Positions 16,001-25,743 of a DNA stretch of 64,000 nucleotides are shown here, piece after piece. The notes beneath the pieces are model-generated. The model did no database searches. It saw nothing but the letters and a program-made list of their open reading frames with translations, and was not told the origin of the DNA. A program made the position numbers and the translations under genes. The first letter of the stretch is position 1. Every line of letters starts with the position of its first letter. The DNA comes from Candidatus Yanofskybacteria bacterium RIFCSPHIGHO2_01_FULL_44_22 (lineage in GTDB: Bacteria; Patescibacteriota; Minisyncoccia; 2-02-FULL-40-12; GWA2-44-9): the NCBI GenBank assembly GCA_001794205.1, contig MGJJ01000019.1, positions 1,353 to 65,352 of the forward strand, written 5' to 3'.

Positions 16001-17056
16001 ATGGCCCAAAACTTATCCGTTTCAATAAACAAAATAGTCGCAAGTCTGGTGAAGAATTTGTCTCCTCGCAATAAGGACATTATTTCCCGCCGTTTTGGGC
16101 TTAAAAACGGCAAAAAAGAAACTCTTGATTCTATCGGTAAAAGTTACGGGATTACCAGAGAACGGGTCAGACAGATTGAAGAATTCATACTTAAGCAGCT
16201 TGCCGGGTCAGCCAAAAACAGCAGCGAGGCTGAAGAATACGTTTCCCTGGCGAACCGAATCATTGACGGCGCCGGAGGCGTAATAAAAGAAAGCGAATTG
16301 TTCAGGAATTTCAGCGGTCATGAAAAAGAATCTTCAGTGAACGCTTCTTTGGTCCTGCTTCTTTCTTTCGGAACGGCTCCGTTGAGAATTTCCGAAAGCG
16401 ACGGTTTAAGGATTTTTTGGGCGCTTGATGAACGGCGCCTCGCGGCTTTTAAAAATGCCGCCGCCTCCGTTGAAAATATTTTAGCCGCCAATAAAAAACC
16501 CGTTGCCGAAGCGGCCTTTGTTTCTATGGTTAAAAATGTCACCGGTTTCGACGGCGGAGAATTGTCGTCTGTCCATCTCGACACCCTTCTTTCCATAAGT
16601 AAAAATATCGGCAGAAACATTTATGGCGAAGTTGGTCTTTTGAACTGTGCAGAAATCAAGCCGAGGGGCGTGAAAGATAAGGCATATTTAATTCTAAGAA
16701 AAGCGAATATTCCCAAGCATTTTGCCGATATCGCCAAATCAATCAATGTCGCCGGCTTTTTCGGTAAAAAAGCCAACGTCCAGACGGTCCACAATGAATT
16801 GATAAAAGACGGACGGTTTGTTCTTGTCGGAAGAGGGATGTACGCCTTGGCTGAATGGGGTTATAAATCCGGAACCGTGAAAGACGTGCTGGTGGACATT
16901 TTAAAGAATTCTCCCAAACCACTTTCCAGGACGGCCTTGCTAACAAGCGTAATGAATGCGAGAATGGTAAAAGAGAATACGGTTCTGCTCAATCTTCAAG
17001 ATTCAAAAATTTTCGCGAAAAGAGAAGACGGAACCTATACTCTTAAAAAGGCTTAA
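16001..17056 (+). CDS. Sigma-70 region-4 (HTH) domain protein with large C-terminal extension
   Basis: ISRRFGLKNGKKETLDSIGKSYGITRERVRQIEEFILKQL matches the sigma region 4.2 HTH. The remaining ~270 aa are uncharacterised. Confidence 0.6.
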   Translation: MAQNLSVSINKIVASLVKNLSPRNKDIISRRFGLKNGKKETLDSIGKSYGITRERVRQIEEFILKQLAGSAKNSSEAEEYVSLANRIIDGAGGVIKESELFRNFSGHEKESSVNASLVLLLSFGTAPLRISESDGLRIFWALDERRLAAFKNAAASVENILAANKKPVAEAAFVSMVKNVTGFDGGELSSVHLDTLLSISKNIGRNIYGEVGLLNCAEIKPRGVKDKAYLILRKANIPKHFADIAKSINVAGFFGKKANVQTVHNELIKDGRFVLVGRGMYALAEWGYKSGTVKDVLVDILKNSPKPLSRTALLTSVMNARMVKENTVLLNLQDSKIFAKREDGTYTLKKA

Positions 17057-17062
17057 TTTACC

Positions 17063-18316
17063 GTGGAGCAACTAAGTTTTACTTTTGAGAGCCTGAATTC
17101 GGCTCTCGACATTCTCGCGTCTTTTTGGTGGATTTATTCCCCCTTTTTGCTTTTTTTCGGTTTGACTGCCGCATTCCAGACCTATACCAGAACGAAATAC
17201 ATCCAATCGCTCAAGTGGACGCTATTGGAGTTTCGAATTCCCAAAGAAATACGCAAAAGCCCCAAATCAACCGAGCAGATTTTTAATGCCTTGCACGGGG
17301 TTTTCATCCCTCTCAAATGGCACGAGAAATTTTTTCAGGGCAGGGTAATCGACTGGTTTTCTTTTGAAATTATCGGTTCCGGCGGAGAAATACATTTTTA
17401 CATAAGGACCCCTGAAGCCTATAAAAAGCTTGTCCAGTCCCAAGTATATGCCCAGTATCCGGACACGGAAATTAAAGAAGTGGCTGAAGAAAATGATTAC
17501 ATAACAAATTTATCCTCTTTTCTTCCCAATGATAAAAACGATATTTGGGGCGCGGAACTTGTTTTGAGCAAAGAAGACGCTTTTCCAATCAGAACTTATC
17601 CGGAATTTGAAGAAGTGGCGGTCGGTCGGGAGGACGTTAAAAGGGTTGACCCGATGGCCTCCTTGGCTGAAGTTTTAAGCAGTCTCCAATACGGGGAATT
17701 TATCGGCATTCAGCTTTTAATAAGGCCAACGGGAGATGCCTGGATTAAAAAAGGCCAGGCGGCAGTTGATAAAATAATGGGCAAGGAGGTCAAATCAAAG
17801 CCGGATTTTATGTCCAAACTGATTTTTGCTTTGGATGAATTTATTCCCGGCCATGTTCCTTCGACCCAAAAAGAAGAAAAAAGAGAATCGTCCCAGCTTA
17901 CGCCCGGCAAACAGGATATTTTGAAGGCGATGGAAAAAAGTTTTGCCAAGCTTGGTTTTGAAAGCGGCATTCGGTTTGTTTATACGGCGTCTAAAGAAGT
18001 TTTTCATCGCGCTCATATTTCCGGAGTCATGGGCGCTTACAAACAATTTACATCCCAATCGCTTAACGGCTTCAGAATGAATATCAAGACCGCTCCTTTG
18101 GCCAGGTGGCCGTTTAAAAAACAGAAAATTTTTAACAAGAAAAGAATTTTGTGGAAAAAATTCAGGAAAAGAATGATGACCGTAAGACCGTTTGTTCTGA
18201 ACGTGGAAGAACTGGCGACCATATTCCACTTCCCCGACTTTGGTGTTGAGGCGCCGCTTTTGCCGAGAGTGGAAACTAAAAAAGGCGAACCGCCGGTCGG
18301 ATTGCCGATATCGTAA
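17063..18316 (+). CDS. Hypothetical protein with single N-terminal TM helix (possible membrane partner of downstream ATPase)
   Basis: N-terminal hydrophobic segment ILASFWWIYSPFLLFFGLTAAF. No recognised domain. It sits 37 nt upstream of the VirD4-like gene. Confidence 0.45.
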   Translation: MEQLSFTFESLNSALDILASFWWIYSPFLLFFGLTAAFQTYTRTKYIQSLKWTLLEFRIPKEIRKSPKSTEQIFNALHGVFIPLKWHEKFFQGRVIDWFSFEIIGSGGEIHFYIRTPEAYKKLVQSQVYAQYPDTEIKEVAEENDYITNLSSFLPNDKNDIWGAELVLSKEDAFPIRTYPEFEEVAVGREDVKRVDPMASLAEVLSSLQYGEFIGIQLLIRPTGDAWIKKGQAAVDKIMGKEVKSKPDFMSKLIFALDEFIPGHVPSTQKEEKRESSQLTPGKQDILKAMEKSFAKLGFESGIRFVYTASKEVFHRAHISGVMGAYKQFTSQSLNGFRMNIKTAPLARWPFKKQKIFNKKRILWKKFRKRMMTVRPFVLNVEELATIFHFPDFGVEAPLLPRVETKKGEPPVGLPIS

Positions 18317-18353
18317 TTTTGGCTATTGTCTATGGACTATAGTCAATGGTTAA

Positions 18354-19973
18354 TTGCTTTTTATGATTACTCCGCCAGACAACGATATATTGCTTCTTGG
18401 AGAGACCAATTTCAGGAATGATAAAATTCGGTTTGGAATTAAAACCGACGACCGGAGACGGCACATGTATGTGGTTGGCTCAACCGGCATGGGAAAATCA
18501 GAATTTTTGAAGACCATGGCCATTCAGGACATTGAAGCCGGCCACGGTCTCGCTTTCATTGACCCGCACGGCGACCCGGTGGTTGATTTATTGGAGTTTA
18601 TTCCGAAAGAAAGAATCAAAGACGTAATTTATATCGACCCGGGCGATTTGGCCTTTCCGATTGCGTTTAATGTGATGGAAAGCGTTGATTTTGATTATCG
18701 TCACTTGATTGCCGCCGGTCTTTTGGGAGTTTTTAAAAAAATCTGGGTTGACGCCTGGTCGGCGAGAATGGAATACATTCTCAACAACACTATCTTGGCG
18801 CTTTTGGAATATCCCGGCTCCACTCTGCTTGGCATCAATAAAATGCTTGCCAGCAAGGAATATCGGAAAAAAGTTGTTGCCAATATAACCGACCCCATCG
18901 TTAAATCATTTTGGGTTGAAGAGTTCGCCAAATATGCCGACAAATTTGCCACTGAAGCGACAGCGGCCATTCAGAACAAAATCGGCCAGTTTATTTCCAA
19001 CAATCTTATCAGAAACATCATCGGCCAGCCGAAATCCACCCTGGATGTCAGGAAAATAATGGACGAGGGGAAAATTCTGCTGGTCAATATTTCGCGGGGC
19101 AGAATCGGAGAAGACGCCTCACGCCTGCTCGGTGCGCTTTTGGTCACCAAAATACAATTGGCGGCTATGTCGCGGGTAGATGTTCCGGAGCCGGAAAGAA
19201 AAGACTTCTTTCTTTATGTGGACGAGTTTCAGCACTTTGCGACTGAATCGTTCGCCAATATTTTATCGGAGGCGAGGAAATACCATCTAAGTTTAATTAT
19301 GGCTCATCAGTACATCAAACAAATGGAAGAACCAGTTTGCGACGCCGTATTCGGCAATGTCGGCACGATTATCTCTTTCAGGGTTGGCGCCGAAGACGCC
19401 GAGTTTCTTGAAAAATGGTTCGCGCCGGACTTTATGATGTCCGACATCGTCAATCTCGGCAAACAAAATATTTATCTTAAGCTGATGATAGACGGCGTTT
19501 CTTCGCGGGGTTTTTCGGCGGCAACTTTACAGAGGTTTGAAAAATCGGAGCGGACTTTTAAGGATGAAATTATAGAGTTCTCGAGAAAAACTTACGCCAC
19601 TCCCAAGAGCGAAGTGGAGAAAGATATAGCCGAATGGGCCGGAGCGGCCAGAGAAGAGAGCGGGGAAGAAACAACAACCAGACCGGCGTCGAGAGATGAA
19701 AGACGCGGCAAAGAATTTAGCGGAAGACCGCGGAGCGGAAACTTTCCTCCGCCTCGCCGTGAATCCGTTGAACCGGCTCGCCGCGATTTTCGTCCGCGTC
19801 AAAGCCAGCTTCCAAAAAGAGAAACACCAGCCCCCGTTTCCCTTAAAAGCGCTTTTGGCGGGGGAGCGGTGGATTTTAAGGGTAGGAAATTCGGCGGCGG
19901 TCAGTCGGTTCCCAAGAAAGAAGTTGACACCGCCGAACTCAAAAAGATTCTGAACGAGGCGTTGAAAAAATAA
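18354..19973 (+). CDS. FtsK/HerA-superfamily ATPase resembling type IV secretion coupling protein (VirD4/TraD/TrwB-like), without N-terminal TM segments; Arg/Pro-rich disordered C-terminal tail
   Basis: Walker A (GSTGMGKSE) and Walker B-like (FLYVDEFQHF) motifs. The C-terminal ~110 aa is low complexity (RPASRDERRGKEFSGRPRSGNFPPPRRE...). Confidence 0.6.
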   Translation: MLFMITPPDNDILLLGETNFRNDKIRFGIKTDDRRRHMYVVGSTGMGKSEFLKTMAIQDIEAGHGLAFIDPHGDPVVDLLEFIPKERIKDVIYIDPGDLAFPIAFNVMESVDFDYRHLIAAGLLGVFKKIWVDAWSARMEYILNNTILALLEYPGSTLLGINKMLASKEYRKKVVANITDPIVKSFWVEEFAKYADKFATEATAAIQNKIGQFISNNLIRNIIGQPKSTLDVRKIMDEGKILLVNISRGRIGEDASRLLGALLVTKIQLAAMSRVDVPEPERKDFFLYVDEFQHFATESFANILSEARKYHLSLIMAHQYIKQMEEPVCDAVFGNVGTIISFRVGAEDAEFLEKWFAPDFMMSDIVNLGKQNIYLKLMIDGVSSRGFSAATLQRFEKSERTFKDEIIEFSRKTYATPKSEVEKDIAEWAGAAREESGEETTTRPASRDERRGKEFSGRPRSGNFPPPRRESVEPARRDFRPRQSQLPKRETPAPVSLKSAFGGGAVDFKGRKFGGGQSVPKKEVDTAELKKILNEALKK

Positions 19974-19984
19974 ACCCCAAACAA

Positions 19985-20010
19985 AAATTCCAGCTAAAAC
20001 TGGAATTTTT
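19985..20010 (+). terminator. Rho-independent terminator (attccag-ctaaaa-ctggaat + TTTTT)
   Basis: Read directly. It lies just downstream of the ATPase gene stop. Confidence 0.65.
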
Positions 20011-20072
20011 GTCGGGATAGCTCTTTTTTTATTTGTTAAAACTAAAAATTTATGCTATTTTAGTTTGATAAA

Positions 20073-20145
20073 CCGCCCCTAGCTCAATTGGCAGAGCAGC
20101 TCCCTTTTAAGGAGAAGGTTCCGAGTTCGATTCTCGGGGGGCGGA
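20073..20145 (+). tRNA. tRNA-Lys (anticodon UUU)
   Basis: Manual fold: 7-bp acceptor (CCGCCCC/GGGGCGG), D-arm GCUC/GAGC, anticodon loop CUUUUAA, T-arm CCGAG-UUCGAUU-CUCGG, discriminator A. CCA is not encoded. Confidence 0.9.
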
Positions 20146-20180
20146 CTGTTTATTTAGGCAAATAATATTGTTATGTCTAA

Positions 20181-20423
20181 ACTTTAGTTGATGAAGCATC
20201 CTATAAAAAAGTGCAAGACATTGCCGTTCGGACGCATCAAATTTTAAATTGCCGTGGTTATTCAAGAACGGACATGATTTTGGCGGGCGCCGCGATTTAT
20301 GTTTTGGAAACAAACACCCTTCCGGGGCTGACTCCAAATTCGCTTCTTCCCAAAGCCGCTCAATACGCCGGCATAACCCTTTCTCAACTCATAGATAAAA
20401 TTATTGAGAATGCGTTGACGTAG
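20181..20423 (+). pseudogene. ddl: 3' fragment (last ~80 codons) of D-alanine--D-alanine ligase (ddl) immediately downstream of tRNA-Lys
   Basis: Translation ...VQDIAVRTHQILNCRGYSRTDMILAGAAIYVLETNTLPGLTPNSLLPKAAQYAGITLSQLIDKII matches the Ddl C-terminus. The frame is closed by a stop at 20178-20180 with no N-terminal 200+ aa. Confidence 0.65.
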
Positions 20424-20582
20424 AAACAATTTCCGCCTCTGCTCCTCTTCTCATACTCCAAATCACCCCACAACCTCCCTAACGGCTTCGGGGTGCCTCT
20501 CTTTCTGTTTGCGAGAAGAAACGCAATCCAGAAAGAGAGACACGCCCTCCGATAGATAGGTTTATACATGCTTTGTAGAAAA

Positions 20583-20611
20583 CAAAAAGCCGATTGTTAG
20601 TCGGCTGGGAT
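20583..20611 (-). terminator. Rho-independent terminator for the minus-strand RHH gene (agccgac-taacaa-tcggct + TTTTT on minus strand)
   Basis: Read directly from the reverse complement. Confidence 0.5.
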
Positions 20612-20628
20612 TTGATTTGGGAGTTAGT

Positions 20629-20847
20629 TTATATCATGTGAAACTGATCCAACAAAGCAGTTTGTCTTTTCTTGGCCGCCTCAAGTTCTTTCTGGAAATT
20701 TGGTTCCGACTTTCGTTCTTCAATATAAGCAATAACAGCCTTTTGTATCAAACTTGCCAATGTTTCATCAAATACGATTGCAAGAGCTTGTAAACGCTGA
20801 AGGTCCAACACGGACATCCGAACCGAAACAATCACATTTTTGGACAT
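20629..20847 (-). CDS. Small ribbon-helix-helix (CopG/antitoxin-like) protein, orphan
   Basis: The N-terminal beta-strand-like KNVIVSVRMSVLDLQRLQALA followed by helices is typical of RHH DNA-binding proteins. No adjacent toxin ORF. Confidence 0.45.
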   Translation of the reverse strand: MSKNVIVSVRMSVLDLQRLQALAIVFDETLASLIQKAVIAYIEERKSEPNFQKELEAAKKRQTALLDQFHMI

Positions 20848-21082
20848 AACAACCTCCCAAAAGATGTTCTATAAAAAAGATACACTTGTCTGTGGTTTTT
20901 GTCAATTAGACGCAACTCGCTGGAAGTTGCGGACTGTCGGTTCTGAAAAGCGGTATGCGGTCGGAGCGGAATTATTGGAAAACATATTAGATGGGGATTT
21001 TAAATAATAATAAAAAGTTAAAAACTTGCTCACGCAAGTTTTTATGTTAAGATGAACTTATAAATAGAAATATAAACTTAAA

Positions 21083-22471
21083 ATGACGCGAACCTCAATT
21101 TTAGAAACAAAAGACCTCGTCGGACAAGAAGTCATGTTATGCGGTTGGGTGCATAATCGCCGAGACCACGGCAAACTTATTTTTATTGATTTGCGGGATA
21201 GAAGCGGGATAGCGCAAGTCGTTTTTGTTCCAAGCGGAGCTGATTATGAAATGGCCAGCCGGTTGAGGGCGGAATGGGTAGTGCGCTTGAAGGGTGTGGT
21301 CAAAGCCCGTCCGGAGAAAATGTTTAACGATGAAATTCCCACCGGCCGGGTTGAAATAGAACCAATTGAGCTGGAAATATTAAACCGGGCGGAGACCCCT
21401 CCGTTTCCTATAGATACCGACGGTTATGATATCGGGGAAGAATCGCGGATGTCTTATCGTTTCGTTGATTTGCGCCGTCAAAGAATGGCAAACAATTTGG
21501 CTGTCCGTCATGCGGCAGCTTTATTTATCCGCAATTGGCTGTCGGAAAAAGGATTCCTTGAAGTGGAGACGCCGATTCTCACCAAATCCACTCCCGAGGG
21601 CGCGCGCGATTTTGTGGTCCCGTCCCGTCTTTATCCGGGCGCATTTTACGCTTTACCCCAATCACCCCAGCAGTATAAACAGCTGTTAATGGCTGGCGGA
21701 GTTGAAAAATATTTTCAGTTGGCCAGATGTTTCAGGGACGAAGATACCAGAGGCGACCGCCAGCCGGAATTCACCCAGCTTGATATGGAGATGAGTTTTG
21801 TTGAACGCGAAGATGTAATGCAATTGAACGAACAATTACTCATAGAAATGGTGAAAACGATTTATCCGCAAAAAAGAATTCAGGAAATACCGTTTCCGCG
21901 GATTAGTTATAAGGAGGCGATGGAAAAATATCAAACCGACCGCCCCGACGTTAGAAAGGATAAAAACGACCTTAACCTATTAGCATTTTGCTGGGTGGTT
22001 GACTTTCCATTTTTCGAAAAAAATGACGAAGGTAAATATACATTTACTCACAATCCCTTCTCGGCTCCCAAGCCGGAATTTATGGAAGATTTAATGACAA
22101 AGAAAAACATCGGCGATATTTTAACTACCCAATACGACGTTGTCCTAAACGGCTGGGAAATAGGCGGCGGCAGTATTCGCAACCACCAATCGGAAGCGTT
22201 AGGGAAAGTTTTTGAAATAATGGGTTTTGAAGAAGGAAGAATCGCAAATAATTTTGGGCACATGCTGACGGCTTTTAAAAACGGCACTCCGCCTCACGGC
22301 GGGATTGCCTGGGGGTTTGACCGACTGGTGGCTCTTTTAAACAATGAGCCCAATATCAGAGAAGTGATGGCTTTTCCTAAAACCGGCGACGCCAGGGACT
22401 TGATGATGAGTTCACCTTCGGAACTGGAAGAAAAACAGTTGAAAGAGCTGCATTTAAAAATATCCAAATAG
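21083..22471 (+). CDS. aspS: Aspartyl-tRNA synthetase, short archaeal/non-discriminating-type (462 aa)
   Basis: OB-fold N-terminus. Class II motifs (FRDEDTRGDRQPEFTQLDME, GGGSIRNHQ). No GAD insertion domain. Confidence 0.9.
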   Translation: MTRTSILETKDLVGQEVMLCGWVHNRRDHGKLIFIDLRDRSGIAQVVFVPSGADYEMASRLRAEWVVRLKGVVKARPEKMFNDEIPTGRVEIEPIELEILNRAETPPFPIDTDGYDIGEESRMSYRFVDLRRQRMANNLAVRHAAALFIRNWLSEKGFLEVETPILTKSTPEGARDFVVPSRLYPGAFYALPQSPQQYKQLLMAGGVEKYFQLARCFRDEDTRGDRQPEFTQLDMEMSFVEREDVMQLNEQLLIEMVKTIYPQKRIQEIPFPRISYKEAMEKYQTDRPDVRKDKNDLNLLAFCWVVDFPFFEKNDEGKYTFTHNPFSAPKPEFMEDLMTKKNIGDILTTQYDVVLNGWEIGGGSIRNHQSEALGKVFEIMGFEEGRIANNFGHMLTAFKNGTPPHGGIAWGFDRLVALLNNEPNIREVMAFPKTGDARDLMMSSPSELEEKQLKELHLKISK

Positions 22472-22472
22472 A

Positions 22473-23417
22473 ATGTCCAAAACGCTTTTACTGATGATTC
22501 TCATAGCTTTTTTAATTGTCATTAATTTTTTATTTATTTTTAATTCTGACGACTCTGGTGATTCCCCCTTAAGTAATGCGGCCGGTTTAAACAAAAATGT
22601 TTTCAGCGCGAGCCAGGCTTATGTGTTTCCGCTGGCCGAATCAAATTATATGCCCCTTTTAAATTCCGGTTTTGCCCGGCCGATTATTAACGCCAAATCA
22701 GCCGTTCTTTATGATTTGCGGGCGGAAAGAGCGCTCTATGAAAACAACACGAAACAAAAACTTCCTGTCGCCTCGCTTACTAAAATATTAAGCGCAGTCA
22801 TTGCTCTTGAAAATCTTGATTTGGCCGACATTGTAATTATTCCGCAGGAGGCCTTGCGGGTTGATGAGGAAAAACAGACTCTATATTTGGACGAACGCCT
22901 GACCGTGGAAAATTTGCTGAAATTAATGCTTATAGAATCATCCAATGATTCCGCAAAAGCCTTAGCTTTATACGCCGGCGAAAAGGGAATTGATTTTACG
23001 GCCAAGATGAACGAAAAAGCATTTGCCCTCGGAATGGTTGATTCATTTTTTTTGGATACGGCCGGATTAAACGACGAAGCTTATTCAACGGTTGAAGATT
23101 TGGTTAAATTGGTGAAATATGCTTTGAAGTATGAATTAATTTGGGACATTTTGGCGAAAAAAAATGTCATTATCAAATCAGAAGACGGCCGGATAGAACA
23201 TCAAGTTAAAAATACCAATCATCTTTTTGGAGTACTGCCGGATATTTTCGGCGGTAAAACCGGCTATACCGACGGGGCCCTCGGATGCATGATTTTAGTG
23301 GTGGATATTCCCGGAGAAAATGATAAAATTATCAGCGTGGTGCTTGGTTCTTCCGACCGGTTTGGAGATACGGCCAAATTAATCAATTGGGCTAAGGCCG
23401 CCTGGCGTTGGGAATAG
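22473..23417 (+). CDS. Serine-type D-Ala-D-Ala carboxypeptidase (PBP5/6-like, peptidase S11 family)
   Basis: N-terminal TM/signal segment. SxxK motif in LPVASLTKILSAV. Overall S11 layout. Confidence 0.7.
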   Translation: MSKTLLLMILIAFLIVINFLFIFNSDDSGDSPLSNAAGLNKNVFSASQAYVFPLAESNYMPLLNSGFARPIINAKSAVLYDLRAERALYENNTKQKLPVASLTKILSAVIALENLDLADIVIIPQEALRVDEEKQTLYLDERLTVENLLKLMLIESSNDSAKALALYAGEKGIDFTAKMNEKAFALGMVDSFFLDTAGLNDEAYSTVEDLVKLVKYALKYELIWDILAKKNVIIKSEDGRIEHQVKNTNHLFGVLPDIFGGKTGYTDGALGCMILVVDIPGENDKIISVVLGSSDRFGDTAKLINWAKAAWRWE

Positions 23418-23421
23418 AAAC

Positions 23422-24483
23422 ATGAACGAACAAATTTTCACAGTAGTCAACGTTGTCAGAATATTTGCGCTTGCAGCGCTGGCCTTTTTCGTTAACTTGC
23501 TGATTACATATTTTTGGACCAAAATTTTACTGAAATATTTTAAACCGGGCAAAGAAATAGAACGGAAAGATGCGCCGGTTTTCAGCAGTTTGCACAAAAA
23601 AAAGGAAGGAACACCGACAATGGGCGGGCTGCCGGTATGGGTGACGGTGGTTTTTCTGACCGTCATTTTTTATTTTTTGTCGAATATTTTCGACGGTTTC
23701 TGGCCGCAGCTTAATTTTCTTTCCCGAGGTCAGACCCTGCTTCCGCTCGGATTTTTAATTTTTGCCGGATTGGTCGGCATGGCTGATGACGTGCTCGGTA
23801 TTTTTAAACGAGGAGGGTTGAGTTTGAAAATACGTTTAGCCGTTTATACGGCGGTGGCCGGAATCGGAGCGTGGTGGTTTTATTTTAAACTTGACCGGGA
23901 CATGATTACTGTTCCTTTTTTGGGTGATTTTGCGGTTGGTTGGTGGTATTTGATTTTTGCGGTGGTCGTGATTATCGCCACGGCGTTTTCCATGAACGAA
24001 ACCGACGGTCTGGACGGTTTGTCGGGCGGGGTTTTTATGACCATTTTCGCCGCCTTAGCAGTTATAGCTTTTGACCAAGGCCGTATGGATTTGGCCGTTT
24101 TTCTGGCGACCATTATGGGGGCGCTGACCGCATTTTTATGGTTTAATATTTATCCGGCCAAATTTTTTATGGGTGATACCGGCGTTATGGCTCTCGGATT
24201 TGTTCTTGGGGTAGTCGCTCTTTTGACCAATACGGCCCTGCTTTTACCGGTCATAGCCGTAATTCCCTTGGTTGAATCATTGTCGGTGATTATTCAGACG
24301 ATTTCCAAAAAACTTCGCAAAAAGAAAATATTCATTTCTACGCCCATTCACCACACTTTCGAAGCTCTCGGCTGGCCGGAAACCCAGGTGACGATGAGGT
24401 TTTGGATGATTTCCGCCATCGGTGCCATTGTCGGCTTGATTATCTTTTTGGTGGACAGCAAAATTCCTCCGCTGTGGAGATAG
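23422..24483 (+). CDS. mraY: Phospho-N-acetylmuramoyl-pentapeptide transferase MraY
   Basis: Polytopic membrane protein with MADDVLGI, NETDGLDGLSGG and GDTGVMALGF motifs. Confidence 0.85.
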   Translation: MNEQIFTVVNVVRIFALAALAFFVNLLITYFWTKILLKYFKPGKEIERKDAPVFSSLHKKKEGTPTMGGLPVWVTVVFLTVIFYFLSNIFDGFWPQLNFLSRGQTLLPLGFLIFAGLVGMADDVLGIFKRGGLSLKIRLAVYTAVAGIGAWWFYFKLDRDMITVPFLGDFAVGWWYLIFAVVVIIATAFSMNETDGLDGLSGGVFMTIFAALAVIAFDQGRMDLAVFLATIMGALTAFLWFNIYPAKFFMGDTGVMALGFVLGVVALLTNTALLLPVIAVIPLVESLSVIIQTISKKLRKKKIFISTPIHHTFEALGWPETQVTMRFWMISAIGAIVGLIIFLVDSKIPPLWR

Positions 24484-24505
24484 GCGGCCGATTAGTTCTT
24501 GTTGT

Positions 24506-25582
24506 ATGCACAAAAAACTTCTTTGGCTTATATTTATCCTGCTTGCTTTCGGTCTGATTATTTTATCATCGGCCGGTCTTATTGACGGGCAAAAAAAATT
24601 TAATTCCTCCTATTATTATCTTTTCCACCAGCTGGAATTCGGCGTTCTGCCGGGATTGGTTTTTATGTTTGCCCTCTCGCGGCTTAATTACAAACATTTT
24701 CGCAAAATTTCTCTTTTATTGCTGTTTCTCGCTCTTTTTTTAATGATTCTTGTTTTTGTGCCGTCCTTGGGCCAGGGATTGAAAGGCGCGACTCGGTGGC
24801 TGAATATGGGTGGAATTACTTTCCAGCCGTCGGAGTTTTTAAAATTGGCGATGGTAATATATCTGGCGGCTTGGTTCGGCGGGCGGGACGAAAGAATAAA
24901 AAACTGGGTTTACGGAATGGCTCCGTTTTTCATCATTATGGCTTTTGTGACGCTGCTTTTGGTTCTTCAGCCCGATATCGGCACGTTGATAGTCGTAATG
25001 CTTATCGCCGGAGGAGTTTATTTTTTCGCCGGAATAAAATTCAAGCAATTTTTAATAATTATGCTTGCAGTATCCGCGATTTTGACCGCCTTGGTTGTTC
25101 TTGAACCGTACCGGTTCAATCGCATTAAGGCCTTTATCAATCCGTCGGTCGACCCGAGGGGAATTTCATACCAAATCAACCAGTCGTTCATTTCCATAGG
25201 GTCGGGCGGAGTATTTGGGCTTGGTTTCGGCAATAGCCGGCAAAAATTCGGTTTTTTGCCTGAAGTGGCGGGGGATTCCATATTTGCGGTTATAGCCGAA
25301 GAACTTGGTTTTATCGGTTCGGCATTTACCATCGGGTTGTTTGTAATTTTATGTCTGATTTTAATTAAAATCGCCAAAAATGCGCCCGATAAATTCTCCT
25401 CACTTTTGGTGATGGGGATAAATATGTGGATTATGTCTCAGGCCTTCGTAAACATTGCCGCCATATCGGGCCTGGCGCCTCTTACCGGCATTCCTCTGCC
25501 CTTCGTGAGTTACGGCGGAACGGCCATAATTTCTCTCTTGGGCGGATTGGGGATTGTGTTAAGCGTGGCGAAGAGGAGTTAG
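24506..25582 (+). CDS. ftsW: SEDS-family peptidoglycan polymerase (FtsW/RodA)
   Basis: 10-TM FtsW/RodA/SpoVE signature (PSEFLKLAMVIYLAAWF, GTAIISLLGGLGIVLS). The gene symbol is chosen from adjacency to mraY, and RodA is not excluded. Confidence 0.8.
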   Translation: MHKKLLWLIFILLAFGLIILSSAGLIDGQKKFNSSYYYLFHQLEFGVLPGLVFMFALSRLNYKHFRKISLLLLFLALFLMILVFVPSLGQGLKGATRWLNMGGITFQPSEFLKLAMVIYLAAWFGGRDERIKNWVYGMAPFFIIMAFVTLLLVLQPDIGTLIVVMLIAGGVYFFAGIKFKQFLIIMLAVSAILTALVVLEPYRFNRIKAFINPSVDPRGISYQINQSFISIGSGGVFGLGFGNSRQKFGFLPEVAGDSIFAVIAEELGFIGSAFTIGLFVILCLILIKIAKNAPDKFSSLLVMGINMWIMSQAFVNIAAISGLAPLTGIPLPFVSYGGTAIISLLGGLGIVLSVAKRS

Positions 25583-25605
25583 CTTCGCTCCCCCTTTTAT
25601 TTTTC
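25567..25605 (+). terminator. Terminator-like hairpin after ftsW (gcgaag-loop-cttcgc followed by CCCCCTTTTATTTTT)
   Basis: Read directly. A distal complementary arm (25658-25677) suggests possible alternative pairing. Confidence 0.45.
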
Positions 25606-25743
25606 ACACATAATACAATCCTATTAAATTGTGAGGTGATTCGGATTGTGGAAAATGAAAAAGGGGAGAACCGAAGCCGTAAATTAAGAGGCAAAGGCGC
25701 ATTAGATTTTTTTGTTAAATCGTGTTAGTTTGGAGGTAAAAAT

